Positions 49,901 through 63,112 of a DNA stretch of 64,000 bases are shown one piece after another. Under the pieces are notes generated by a model that was given only the letters and a program-made list of their open reading frames with translations, ran no database searches and was not told the DNA's origin. A program made the position numbers and the translations under genes. Source of the DNA: Macrostomum lignano (Eukaryota); NCBI GenBank assembly GCA_002269645.1, contig NIVC01000719.1, forward strand, positions 238,020 to 302,019. Reading direction: 5' to 3'. How positions within the stretch are numbered: the first letter of the stretch is position 1; each line of letters starts with the position of its first letter.

Positions 49901-50695
49901 TCTGACTGCAACAGTCTAGCAATCCACTCTGACTGCAACAGTCTAGCAATCCACTCTGACTGCTACAGTCTAGCAATCCACTCTGACTGCAACAGTCTAG
50001 CAATCCACTCTGACTGCTACAGTCTAGCAATCCACTCTGACTGCAACAGTCTAGCAATCCACTCTGACTGCTAAAGTCTAGCAATCCGCCGCCAGGCCCA
50101 CCTGCACAGCGAAGGCGGGCATCAGCGACCAGATCTTGTCGCACAGCAGCACCAGCAGACTGCCAATGCAGGCCCCGGCCAGCCCGGCCGAGCCCAGCAC
50201 CCTGGGTGAGGCGAACTCGGCCAGAAACCGGCCGAGCAAGGCGCCGCCAAGACCGCCGACAGCTCGGCCGGCGAACAGCAGGACAACTTGATCCTCGCGC
50301 GACCCGGTGGAGTTCTCCAAAGCCAGCAGAGTGGGGCCGGGCATGGCCAATGCCAGGCCGCAGGCGACCCCTGCCAGAGACATGCCGGCGTACAGATCGA
50401 ATGCTCGACGGCCGCTACCGCAGCAGCGCGACGACGATCGTCTTGACGTCGACGATTCGACATCGTCGGACGTTGTCGTTGTTGAATTCAAAGCGGCCGC
50501 CCCTGCGACTGGTCGATTCCGTTTCGGTTGACGCTTTCTATAGTGCCTACTGCTAGTAGGGCTCTCGCTACTGTTATGCTTGTCATTGTTATTGTTATAA
50601 TTAGTGAAGTTTCTGTTGGATCCGTTCAAATGTCGTCGATCAATCAGGGCTTTGTTGTCGCCGGAGCCGCCGAAGTCGTCGGAGTCGGAGTCCAT
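46975..50695 (-). CDS. MFS transporter, MFSD4/NAGLT1-like, 12 TM, with a large Ser/Thr-rich luminal loop; 3 exons
   Basis: Exons 50695-50102, 49743-47732, 47326-46975 (phases 0 and 2). GLALAMPGPTLLAL, GRAVGGLGGALLG, GLEVTLGGYLFSY, MYLGMLLSRL and GEMLVPALTG match the fucose-permease/MFSD4 family pattern. Twelve hydrophobic segments are countable. The C-terminal acidic tail has DMTELL ([DE]xxxLL). Confidence 0.85.
47400..47690. repeat. G-rich degenerate minisatellite (GGGGATTGGGGGTTGAGGGATT-like) in MFS intron 2
   Basis: Seen directly. Confidence 0.85.
49835..50085. repeat. 27-bp minisatellite (CAGTCTAGCAATCCACTCTGACTGC[T/A]A)n in MFS intron 1
   Basis: Seen directly. Confidence 0.94.
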
Positions 50696-51809
50696 GATGG
50701 GGGGGGGCAGCTGGATTCTGGCGCTGTTAGAACCACCGGCTGCGCTGCGTTGTCAGGGGCAACGCGGCAGGAATATTTGACGAGCAGGTACATCATGATT
50801 AATTGTCAGTTTTTATTTCGCTTTAAAACAGGTTTCCTCTAATTATTTCAGCTCAGTAGTAAGGAAGCATGTGTAAGCATTCTTTTATGAAATAGAAGGA
50901 CCAGAGGACCAGAGAGTGTACATGACTGATGATTAGACAGTCAGAGTGGCACTGTACACCCCGTGTGAGCGGTGCATGAATGCGTGCCTGAGTACAGTAT
51001 TGGCACTCTTGTGTGTGCTCAGGAGCCCGCGGAATGGGCAGAATTGCCTCAGCGCTGGCTGTGGTTGTGGGACAACGCCAGCAGCCCTTCTGCAGTTATT
51101 TATTATTCTACTAAAAGTAGGCTATCGGCACACGAAAATATAGTGTGTCATCACTCTTATCGAAAATGTTCTTATCTACGCTAATTATCCTATATAGTAT
51201 GAATAATAAAAATTAAAAGTGAAGCACAGGAAACAAACGGCTTAGGCACGATAAAACAATTGAAAAATAAATCTGTTAGCATTGTTTATTAATAATCGAC
51301 TCAGATTTTGACAGCTAGAAAATTAAAGCATAATTACATTTAAATCATGCGGGTTTCCAAAATAAAAACCATTGTCTCAATTTGATTCTACTTTGAAAGC
51401 CATGGTTGCTAAACTGAGTCCGATTTTGTCACACACACACAGTGCTTACCAGACACCGCCTAGTCTAACTACTGGAGAGGAAATCAAATGTTGCAAACAC
51501 AAAGGCAGGCGGGTTAAGTTTCAAGTTTAGTAAGCATGTATGCAATTATAGGACTAAACAGAAATTATTTAATCGAATTCCTGCTGAATTTACGAGTTCA
51601 ATCAGGACATTATTGCATACGCCACGAGACAGACAGATTTTATTAATCTAAATAAGGATACATAATTAAATAATCTGTATTATGCTATATATCATATGCA
51701 CCCGGACACTTGTGCTTATTTATAAGTAGCTGCGGGTGTCTAACTGAATACATGCTTAGAGACTTTGTCTGCCTTTATGTCTGCTGTGGCTGTCTCTCTG
51801 TGTTAGTGT

Positions 51810-52270
51810 CTCTCTGTGTTAGTGTCTCTCTGTGTGTCTGTCTGTGTGTCTGTCTGTGTGTCTGTCTGTCTGTGTGTCTGTCTGTGTGTCTGTCTGTGTG
51901 TCTGTCTGTGTGTCTGTCTGTGTGTCTGTCTGTGTGTCTGTCTGTGTGTCTGTCTGTGTGTCTGTCTGTCTGTCTGCCTGTCTGTCTGTCTGTCTGTCTG
52001 TCTATCTGTCTGTCTGTCTGTCTGTCTGTCTGTGTGTCTGTCTGTGTGTCTGTCTGTGTGTCTGTCTGTGTGTCTGTCTGTCTGTCTGTCTGTCTGTCTG
52101 CCTGTCTGTCTGTCTGTCAGTCAGTCAGTCTGTTTGTCTGTCTGTCAGTCAGTCTGTTTGTCTGTCTGTCTGTCTGTCAGTCAGTCTGTTTGTCTGTCTG
52201 TCTGTCTATCTGTCTGTCTGTCTATCTGTCTGTCTGTCTGTCAGTCAGTCTGTTTGTCTGTCTGTCTATC
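51810..52270. repeat. (TGTC)n / (TGTG)n microsatellite
   Basis: Seen directly. Confidence 0.95.
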
Positions 52271-53099
52271 AGTCTAGCCCTGCGTTTTCACTGTTAGGCC
52301 AAGCCAGACAGACAATAGAGACAGACAGACAGACAGGCAGGCAGACAGGCAAGCAGAGAAGCGCAGAGCTCGTTCGGAGTGATAACCAAGACCGAAGAGG
52401 TGAATTCGTGAATTAATTTCCTACCTAATTTTGAGGGCCATTGGATTAAAACTAATCCAGCACTGGATTAAAACAAAGCAGCACACATCAAACCGAATGC
52501 TTCAAACAACGATGCAAAATGCTTTCAGGTAAACAGATGGAAACTGAGCGTTTTGAAATATTCGAAATGGAAAATAATCTGACAATAAAAAACGAACATA
52601 CTCGGATATCAAAGAGTGCTCTTAGACTTAGACAGAAGAATTTAAACAAAAAGGTTTCAATTTAGACAGTAGGACTACAAAGAATTTATTAGGCAAATGA
52701 GAAATAACTCAAAACAGCAACCGTACGAGTAGTTGGTAGTTCTACTGTTAAAAGCAGACTAGAGACCGACTTCTCAAGGAATTGAATAGTCATGCAGGTA
52801 AATTATAAATCAATTGACACAAGCCAGTTTTATACTGCAAAAAGTATTACAAATTTAGTCTTAGTTGCTTGAGTAAGCGTGCAGAGAGTAACTAAACCGC
52901 AGCAACAAATCGAATTTAATCACGAGGTTATAAAATATCAACAATGTTTGCATATCTATACTCGAATGACATTCTTTGTTAAAAATGTTTTTTAACGAAA
53001 TCACAAGGGCGTTAGTTATAAGCACAGATTTTACGCTGAATTGGCTGGTAAATGGGCGCTCCGTATAAATAATTTTTTGCTATTATGACATTGGCTAGT

Positions 53100-54090
53100 C
53101 TAGCATCCGCTTAGAATCCTATATGTTATTATTGTTATGCAAGTTGGCTAGTCTAGCAATCCACTTGGATCTTATATATTAAGCAAATTGGCTAGTCTAG
53201 CAATCCACTTGGAATCTTATATATTAATCAAACTGGCTAGTCTAGCAATCCACTTGGATCTTATATATTAATCAAACTGGCTAGTCTAGCAATCCACTTG
53301 GATCTTATATATTAATCAAACTGGCTAGTCTAGCAATCCACTTGGATCTTATATATTAATCAAACTGGCTAGTCTAGCAATCCACTTGGATCTTATATAT
53401 TAAGCAAATTGGCTAGTCTAGCAATCCACTTGGAATCTTATATATTAATCAAACTGGCTAGTCTAGCAATCCACTTGGATCTTATATATTAAGAAAATTG
53501 GTTAGTCTAGCAATCCACTTGGATCTTATATATTAAGCAAATTGGCTAGTCTAGCAATCCACTTGGATCTTATATATTAAGAAAATTGGTTAGTCTAGCA
53601 ATCCACTTGGATCTTATATATTAATCAAACTGGCTAGTCTAGCAATCCACTTGGATCTTATATATTAAGAAAATTGGTTAGTCTAGCAATCCACTTGGAT
53701 CTTATATATTAAGAAAATTGGTTAGTCTAGCAATCCACTTGGATCTTATATATTAAGAAAATTGGTTAGTCTAGCAATCCACTTGGATCTTATATATTAA
53801 GAAAATTGGTTAGTCTAGCAATCCACTTGGATCTTATATATTAAGCAAACTGGCTAGTCTAGCAATCCACTTGGATCTTATATATTAATCAAACTGGCTA
53901 GTCTAGCAATCCACTTGGATCTTATATATTAAGAAAATTGGTTAGTCTAGCAATCCGCTTGGATCTTATATATTAATCAAACTGGCTAGTCTAGCAATCC
54001 ACTTGGATCTTATATATTAAGAAAATTGGTTAGTCTAGCAATCCACTTGGATCTTATATATTAAGCAAACTGGCTAGTCTAGCGATCCAC
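53100..54090. repeat. 44-45-bp minisatellite (TGGCTAGTCTAGCAATCCACTTGGATCTTATATATTAATCAAAC)n
   Basis: Seen directly, about 120 bp downstream of the convertase stop. Confidence 0.96.
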
Positions 54091-54212
54091 CTGTAGATTT
54101 AGTATACGTGAATATCAGAAAGACTCATATCAAGATTAGTCTGTCCAATGACTAAACAGACGCGGAGCTAACATTCAATATGTACATACAATTTTAACAC
54201 AGCCAACAAGCC

Positions 54213-57200
54213 CTACAACTTAGTAGAGAAGCCGTTAGTGAAAGCCGGCAGCTCTCTGTCTGGCGAGAACTCCTGCTGGTCCAGCCTGCTGTAACTGGCC
54301 GTGGTCAGCTTCCTGGCATCTCTAGCAGTGCAGCTCCGGCCACTACTGTACATGTCGCCGCCGTGACTGCTGCTGGCCGAAGCGCACATACAATAAGCAA
54401 ATAGGCAGACAATAACAACAACAGTCGCAATGCATAGCAGAGCGTACAGAACCCGCTGAGCATTGGCTGTTAAATCCGCGTTAATATCGCTGCCGCTATC
54501 ATCTGTAGGCAGCTTAGTTGAGTTATCAGACCCAGCAGTCGGACAGCTGTCATAGCCTGGCCGGCACTGTACACAGTCGTTAGGCATCATTGATTTGAAG
54601 AAGCTGTCAGCGTTGACTGCTAGACTGGCCGGGACTCCGGCTGGACAGCAGCGAAGGCACCGGCCAGCCAGTAGGCAGGCAATGCCTCGGCGACAAGTCA
54701 GACATTTGTCCGGGCCTCCACCGCTGCTACAGCTGCGACAGCTCGGATGACAGCTGCGACAATCGGCTGTTGTTGACGCTGCATCTATTGAAGCTGGGTA
54801 GCTGCCGATGCCGCACAGCGGACTGGGCAGTGAGGCGCACACAGCCTGGGAACAGTTGCTACAGGGGACGCAGACAGTGCTGCCGCCGCCGCCTACTAGG
54901 AGAGGACAGGACCGCAGACCGGCCGGACAGGCGGACACGCACCGGCCTTGGTGCAGACTGAACCCGGACAGGCAGGTAGCGCACGCGGCTCCAGTGGTAT
55001 TCGATAAGCACGACAAACAACCGCTGATCGGGGGGTCGCAGGCTAACGCAGAAGTTGTCGGATTTGGAGTCGGCGGCAAATCCACACACAACCCGACGCT
55101 GCCGCCAGAGATGGCAGCGGCTACAAGCGGCGGCCTGCATGCCTGGCACTGAGTCTTCAGACTGGGCCCGTTGCATTGGTCGCATCGATCCGGACACGGC
55201 AAACAGGCTCGGCCAGCCGAATCGGCATAGAAACCGCTGGCCGGACAGCTAGTCGGACAGTCGATACCGGACAGTAGTAGGTGTCCGGGCTTGCACCTAC
55301 TACACTGGCGAGGTCGGTCGCAGCGAGAACAATTGGCCGAGTAGCATGGTCGGCACCGGCCGGCCAGAGTGTCCGGATAGCTGCCGTCCGGACACTGGGA
55401 TAAACAGCCGAGGGGCCCGGCGGCAAGCAGGCCGCTGCCAGGCAGACAGGCGTGGCAGCTGTTAGCGGTCAGACAGTTGGAGCAGTTGGCCACTCGGCAT
55501 GGAATGCACCGGTTGACCCCGTCGTCAGTAGACTGGCTGTAGCCGGTCGGACAGGTGGAACCTAAATAACAGGTGCGCTCATCTTGCAGTAGTAGTCGGC
55601 CAGATTGACAGCCGGTGCAGTTGGCCTGTCCGGGCCCGGCACAGGTGCGACAGTCGGCGTGACACAGGTAGCCGGCCTGTATATGAAATGAGCTTCATTT
55701 CAATTTTTCATAACAACAACAGCAGCAATAAACATAGAGAAAAAACTAACACAAAAAATCTGCAAAAGGTTTCCGAGAAACAGAGAAAATTAGCCTAAAA
55801 AAGTTATTTGTTATATTGACTTGACTGAAAGATGAAAGATGAATTATAGTTATGAGCAGTTTTGAAAGGCTACAGATGAAATTTTGTCAGACCTTCTTTG
55901 GGTACAAAAAACAGATCAGAAAAAGACTGCATTGACGAGTTGGGTACAAACAAAACTTGCCCATCAACCAACTGAACCCTTGTAAACCTGTCAACATATT
56001 TAGTAATAACTGTTTCTAATAACAAATCAACTGATTCAATAATAATTCCTAAAACTTCGTTGCATTTGTCGGATGAAAAGAACTGCTTGGTAACAAAGCT
56101 TATATATGTAATTTGTCTGGTCATCATCATTTGACCAGTCCAAATCGTGCTCTACTTGTGCTGAATTTCTTTGTTGATGGGCCTGAGAGAAAGAATAAAG
56201 TAGAAAAGCATTGTCAGGTACTTGCAAATCAAGGGTCTGTTGGTCAGACAATGGCTAATAAACCTGGGATCGTTGGGAGGGGGGGGATTCACTGAAGGAT
56301 CTGGGATCACTGGCCTAAGCTACACTCAGGGATCTGGGATCACTGGCCTAAGCTACACTCAAGAATCTGGGATCACTGGCCTAAGCTACACTCAGGAATC
56401 TGGGATCACTGGCCTAAGCTACACTCAGGGATCTGGGATCACTGGCCTAAGCTACACTCAGGGATCTGGGATCACTGGCCTAAGCTACACTCAGGAATCT
56501 GGGATCACTGGCCTAAGCTACACTCAGGAATCTGGGATCACTGGCCTAAGCTACACTCAGGGATCTGGGATCACTGGCCTAAGCTACACTCAGGGATCTG
56601 GGATCACTGGCCTAAGCTACACTCAGGGATCTGGGATCACTGGCCTAAGCTACACTCAGGATCTGGGACCACTGGCCTAAGCTACACTCAGGGATCTGGG
56701 ATCACTGGCCTAAGCTACACTCAGGGATCTGGGATCACTGGCCTAAGCTACACTCAGGAATCTGGGATCACTGGCCTAAGCTACACTCAGGAATCTGGGA
56801 TCACTGGCCTAAGCTACACTCAGGAATCTGGGATCACTGGCCTAAGCTACACTCTGGGATCTGGGATCACTGGCCTAAGCTACACTCAGGGATCTGGGAC
56901 CACTGGCCTAAGCTACACTCAGGGATCTGGGATCACTGGCCTAAGCTACACTCAGGGATCTGGGATCACTGGCCTAAGCTACACTCAGGGATCTGGGATC
57001 ACTGGCCTAAGCTACACTCAGGGATCTGGGACCACTGGCCTAAGCTACACTCAGGGATCTGGGATCACTGGCCTAAGCTACACTCAGGGATCTGGGATCA
57101 CTGGCCTAAGCTACACTTAGGGATCTGGGACCAGAGTGGGACATCCTCAGTATTTAAAGGAATAAATAAATAAAATAAAAGTTGACAAAGTTACTAGAAA

Positions 57201-60200
57201 TAAAGAATAGAAAGTTCTCAAACAGCACAGAGTGGCGCACCCCCATTGTGTGACTGTACGGCGCCAGCCAATCAGGAAGAGGCGGTTGAATTCGACGCAA
57301 GCTGATTGGCTCGCCGGCCGTGCCGTGCAGCACCAGGGTGACGGATTTCACCGTGCCCGAGTTCGCGGGGCTGCCGGTGTTCTCGATAACCACCTGCCAC
57401 TGGCCGGCCGGCCGTTCACGCCAGAACTGCACGGACATGAACGGCCACTTCTGGAAGCCGCAGTCGCCGTTGTTGCCGTCGAGTTTTCGAGGCGCCAGCA
57501 GTAAAGAGCGGGTGCCGCCGGGCGACACTAGCGACACCTACGGCGACGGTGAATAGAAAGTGTGGCGATGGTGATCAAGGTTGGTAAATAGGTAGCGGGG
57601 TTGGTGAATATAAAACGGGGTTGGTGAATCTGAACCGGGGTTGGCGAATCTGAACCGGGGTTGTGTGAATCTGGAACGAGGTTAGTGAATATAGAAAGGG
57701 GTCGTGAACGGGAAGTAAGGTTTGGGGACTAATGAAAGGATTGGTGAATGCTGGACAGGATTGGTGAATGCTGGAAAGGATTGGTGAATGCTGGAAAGGA
57801 TTGGTGAATTCTGGACAGGATTGGTGAATGCTGGACAGGATTGGTGAATGCTGGACAGGATTGGTGAATTCTGGACAGGATTGGTGAATGCTGGAAAGGA
57901 TTGGTGAATGCTGGACAGGATTGGTGATTGCTAGACAGGATTGGTGAATTCTGGACAGGATTGGTGAATTCTGGACAGGATTGGTGAATTCTGGACAGGA
58001 TTGGTGAATTCTGGACAGGATTGGTGAATGCTGGACAGGATTGGTGAATTCTGGACAGGATTGGTGAATGCTAGACAGGATTGGTGAATGCTGGACAGGA
58101 TTGGTGAATGCAAGGACTTCTAGACTAACAGGACGTAAAACTCAAAAATCGTGCAATTTTTTGGAGGCCACGATTTCCTGTAAAAAATACACTGCGAAGA
58201 TAGGAAAAAATCAGTTTTTCGTCACAAAATCTGTGATTGTATTTGATCTGGGGCAGTGAAGACTACCATTCTTTTAATTTAACATGCACAACATGTTACT
58301 CTATTATATTTTCATATAGCTATGTAGTGAAGTTTTAATTTTCATATTGTTTTCACTTTATTTCATAAGCCCAAAGTTGCAAATACTCACAAGTGGCATT
58401 AGCCAAATATCAAATTTAAGAAAAGAAAAGCTATTCAAATTTGTAATATAATATTTTTTTAGCCTTTAAAATAAAAATTATAAAAATACTAATCAATGTT
58501 TTTTCTTATAGATTACCTAGTAAAGATGGTTAGGGCCTATTTTTGTGATTAAGTCTATTCTTCTTAAATCTTAGTCTTAAATATAGGCTTGGCTTAAAAA
58601 CTGATAATACAGCTTTCTCAAGCCTAGGTAAACAACAATATGAAACAATGTATTGGTAATCTATATATAATAAAAAAATCTGTCTAAATTTAATTACTTA
58701 TTAGGCTAGATAGTGCAGTGATAGGTCTAGTTCTAGTAGGCCTAGGAATTAGTAAAGTTACTAAACCTACAATAATAGCTTAAGACTAAGAGTAGGCCTA
58801 CCTACATGCAATGTTTTTATACTTTATTTAAAAAAGAACAACACAAAAAGTTTGGCTAATGCCACTTGTGAGTTTGCAACTTTGGGCTTAAGAAGTAAAG
58901 TTAAAACAATATGAAAATTAAAACTTCACTACATAGCTATATGAAAATATAATAGAGTAACATGTTTTGCATGCTAAATTAAAAGAATGGTAGTCTTCAC
59001 TGCCCCAGATCAAATAAAATCACAGATTTTGTGACGAAAAACTGATTTTTTCCTATCTTCGCAGTGTATTATTTCCAGGAAATCGTGGCCTCCAAAAAAT
59101 TGCACGATTTTTGAGTTTTACGTCCTGTTAGTCTAGAAGTCCTTGGGTGAATGCTGGACCGGATTGGTGAATGCTGGAAAGGATTGGTGAATGCTGGACA
59201 GGATTGGTGAATGCTGGACCGGATTGGTGAATGCTGGAAAGGATTGGTGAATGCTGGACAGGATTGGTGATTGCTAGACAGGATTGGTGAATTCTGGACA
59301 GGATTGGTGAATTCTGGACAGGATTGGTGAATGCTGGACAGGATTGGTGAATTCTGGACAGGATTGGTGAATTCTGGACAGGATTGGTGAATTCTGGACA
59401 GGATTGGTGAATTCTGGACAGGATTGGTGAATGCTGGACCGGATTGGTGAATGCTAGACAGGATTGGTGAATGCTGGAAAGGATTGGTGAATGCTGGACA
59501 GGATTAGTGAATGCTGGACAGGATTGGTGAATGCTGGACCGGATTGGTGAATGCTGGAAAGGATTGGTGAATGCTGGACAGGATTGGTGAATGCTAGACA
59601 GGATTGGTGAATGCTGGAAAGGATTGGTGAATGCTAGACAGGATTGGTGAATGCTGGACAGGATTGGTGATTGCTAGACAGGATTGGTGAATTCTGGACA
59701 GGATTGGTGAATTCTGGACAGGATTGGTGAATTCTGGACAGGATTGGTGAATGCTGGACAGGATTAGTGAATGCTGGACAGGATTGGTGAATGCTGGACC
59801 GGATTGGTGAATGCTGGAAAGGATTGGTGAATGCTGGACAGGATTGGTGAATGCTAGACAGGATTGGTGAATGCTGGACAGGATTGGTGAATGCTAGACA
59901 GGATTGGTGAATGCTGGACAGGATTGGTGATTGCTAGACAGGATTGGTGAATTCTGGACAGGATTGGTGAATTCTGGACAGGATTGGTGAATTCTGGACA
60001 GGATTGGTGAATGCTGGACAGGATTAGTGAATGCTGGACAGGATTGGTGAATGCTGGACCGGATTGGTGAATGCTGGAAAGGATTGGTGAATGCTGGACA
60101 GGATTGGTGAATGCTAGACAGGATTGGTGAATGCTAGACAGGATTGGTGAATGCTGGACAGGATTGGTGAATGCTAGACAAGATTGGTGAATGCTAGACA

Positions 60201-61985
60201 GGATTGGTGAATGCTGGACAGGATTGGTAAATGCTGGACAGGATTGGTAAATAATTAACAGGACTAGATAACAATCGTAAAACATGAACAGCACTCACCT
60301 GCAACTGCCCCCTATTAGTAAATGTCATATCGACGTGCAGTTGCACAGACTCCAGCATGCCAACTGTGCCGCCGCATCCGTCGCTAACCACTGGTACAGT
60401 TAGCGGTCCGCTTGGCGGCACGCTGCGATTCACAATCACCGCCTGTACGGGGCACCGCACCAGAGGCGGCACCGGCCGCGCCCACATCTTGGCCAGCATG
60501 ACCATGCGATCCGCCGACATCATCCCGAAGCCGTACTTTCTAGACGACTTCAGCCCGGCCTGGTTTGATAACCAATCAGCGTCTGTCAAGAAGCTAGAAT
60601 CGGCGCCAAGCACGGTGATGTGCTGAGCGTCGCGCCAAGTGACATTCCGATTGGCTTCAAGCACCAGAGCCAGGATAGCGGCGGCAATAGGAGCGGACGC
60701 TGACGTGCCAGTGTGCGTGCTGGTGCACTGGCCATTGAGGTCTGTAGATACAACTTGCGCATCGCCAATGGTGCCGCTGCTATAAGTGGACGCCAATGTA
60801 CTGGCGCACTCCTCCAGGTACCAAGGCTTCAAATTGTGTTGAGTAACGCTGCTGACGCTCAGGGTGTAAATGCTGTTAGTGTAGCCGTCGCAGCCGCAGC
60901 TGTCAGATTTCTGGCCGCCATTGCCGGATGCCCACACGAATATGTTGCCGAGGCCGCCGCGGCCCTGCGGCATCGATGGGGTTGAACTGGATTTTAGATG
61001 CCGGGAGGTTGGGGATCTGAGGGTTGGGGATCTGGGGGTTTGGGATCTGGAGGTTGGGGATCTGGAGGTTGGGGATCTGGAGGTTGGGGATCTGGAGGTT
61101 GGGGATCTGGAGGTTGGGGATCTGGGGGTTGGGGATCTGGGGGTTGGGGATCTGGGGGTTGGGGATCTGGGGGTTGGGGATCTGAGGGTTGGGGATCTGG
61201 GGGTTGGGGATCTGGGGGTTGGGGATCTGGGGGTTGGGGATCTGGGGGGTTGGGAACCTAGGAGGTTGGGGATCTGGAGGTTGGGGAACTGGGGGTTGGG
61301 GATCTGGAGGTTGGGGATCTGGAGGTTGGGGATCTGGAGGTTGGGGATCTGGAGGTTGGGGATCTGGGGGTTGGGGAACTGGGGGTTGGGGATCTGGGGG
61401 TTGGGGATCTGGGGGTTGGGGATCTGGGGTTGGGAACCTAGGAGGTTGGGGATCTGAGGGTTGGGGATCTGGGGGTTTGGGATCTGGGGGTTGGGGATTT
61501 GGGGGTTGGGGAACTGGGAAGTTGGGAACCTAGAAGGTTGGGGATCTGGAGGTTGGGGATCTGGGAGTTTGAGGATCAGGGACATTGATTTTTGGCGAGT
61601 CTAGAATCTGGTATCAGTATTTCAGATTAGTTTCATTTACCTTATTAACCCCTTCCTCAAACGCGGCCTTAGCCAGCCGGCCGGGCCCGTCCACTGTCCG
61701 ACCGTCGTCGTCTGGGCCCCAAGAGGCCGAATAGATGTCCACGTGATGCTGGTTGAAATTTAACGAGGAAGCCTCGACGTGGTCGGTGATGGGGCCGTCC
61801 AGCATCCTTACGCCTGAATAGAAGGGCGTTTTACAGGGGCGTAGAAAGGATTTCTTATGGGGGGGCGTCAGCCAAAAAAACAACTCCCAAACTTACCGCC
61901 AATCTTAGCGTTATAAGCGATGCCAACGGAACAAATGTGATTGTTGGCTTTGGCAGCCACTTCGCCGGCGCATCTGGTGCCGTGC
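54213..61985 (-). CDS. Furin/PCSK5(Fur2)-type subtilisin-like proprotein convertase with P domain, Cys-rich repeats and TM anchor; 5' part lies beyond the right edge
   Basis: Exons 61985-61897 ([11 protein letters not shown], catalytic His), 61813-61641 (GVRMLDG...[18 protein letters not shown]), 60964-60299 (FVWASGNGG oxyanion Asn; HTGTSASAP catalytic Ser; YGFG), 57537-57241 (P domain), 55676-54213 (furin-like CxxC repeats, [22 protein letters not shown], cytosolic YSRL, terminal STKL). Phases consistent. The paralogue cannot be fixed by eye. Confidence 0.94.
56290..57130. repeat. 33-bp minisatellite (GGGATCTGGGATCACTGGCCTAAGCTACACTCA)n
   Basis: Seen directly. Confidence 0.96.
57730..60250. 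repeat. 20-bp minisatellite (GGATTGGTGAATGCTGGACA)n, split by a transposon
   Basis: Seen directly on both sides of 58111-59145. Confidence 0.96.
58111..59145. mobile_element. Non-autonomous foldback DNA transposon (MITE): ~295-bp TIRs, 8-bp TSD; P-superfamily-like termini
   Basis: Left end CAAGGACTTCTAGACTAACAGGACG..., right end ...CGTCCTGTTAGTCTAGAAGTCCTTG. Inverted match 58111-58407 vs 58851-59145. TSD GGTGAATG at 58103-58110 and 59146-59153. No coding capacity. Confidence 0.93.
60995..61570. repeat. 15-bp G-rich minisatellite (GGGGATCTGG[A/G]GGTT)n
   Basis: Seen directly. Confidence 0.94.
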
Positions 61986-62339
61986 CTGCGAGCAGTTAAC
62001 GTTGTGATTAGGGTTAGGGGGAATTGCTGAGGCTGACGAGAGATTTGTTGAGCTTTTAAGGCTTATGGGAGAATAGCTGAGATGTCAAGGCTTACAAGGG
62101 GAATTGCTGAGGTCATGGCAAGGAGAAGCTACATCATGAAGTTTATTAAAAAATTTGTATTTAAATTTTTGTTGGCTCCCTAACGGGGGGGGCGCTGATT
62201 GCTAGTGTTAGACTATTATCATATACCACAGATACTATATAACTGTTATATAGTATCTGTGTCATACCAAAGTATATTCTGTGATCGTATACAGTTAGTT
62301 AATTACATGGCTTACAGAAAAGGTAGACGGTATTAGGAA

Positions 62340-62890
62340 AGGGGCACATGGCATTAGGGAAAGGGAGACATGGCGTTAGGGAAAGGGACACATGGCGTTA
62401 GGGAAAGGGACACATGGCATTAGGGAAAGGGACACATGGCATTAGGGAAAGGGCCACATGGCATTAGGGAAAGGGCAACATGGCATTAGGGAAAGGGCCA
62501 CATGGCATTGGGGAAAGGGCCACATGGCATTAGGGAAAGGGCCACATGGCATTAGGGAATGTGTACATGGCATTAGGGAAGGACCACATGCCATTAGAGA
62601 ATGTGTACATGGCATTAGGGAAGGACCACATGCCATTAGAGAATGTGTACATGGCATTAGGGAAGGACCACATGCCATTAGAGAATGTGTACATGGCATT
62701 AGGGAAGAACCACATGCCATTAGAGAATGTGTACATGGCATTAGGGAAGGACCACATGCCATTAGAGAATGTGTACATGGCATTAGGGAAGGACCACATG
62801 CCATTAGAGAATGTGTACATGGCATTAGGGAAGGACCACATGCCATTAGAGAATGTGTACATGGCATTAGGGAAGGACCACATGGCATTA
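62340..62890. repeat. 21-bp minisatellite evolving into a 42-bp dimer (CATGGCATTAGGGAAGGACCA+CATGCCATTAGAGAATGTGTA)
   Basis: Seen directly. Confidence 0.93.
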
Positions 62891-63112
62891 AAGAAGGCAA
62901 AATGAATCGCGGGTCAAGCGGGCAGGTGTTATGAATGAAAGAAGCACAATCTTGATCCAAAATATTCCATAAAAAATAAACTTTGGCTAGGATTAACTTA
63001 TCGATTATTAAATATCCAATATCCGATCGGATTACGGGTGCACAGCCCGCGCAGTGGAAAAAATTAATTTCCGCAAGAAACCAGAGATTCTTCTTAAGAT
63101 AAGACAGGAGCA

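Noticed and set aside
50946-51184. Short plus-strand ORFs upstream of the MFS gene
   Set aside because: They have GTG starts, no recognisable domain and no splice context; probably UTR or intergenic.
62895-62925. LDPRF (hAT transposase-like motif) in ORF 62442-63275
   Set aside because: It is an isolated pentapeptide in a frame made of two tandem arrays, with no other transposase motifs.
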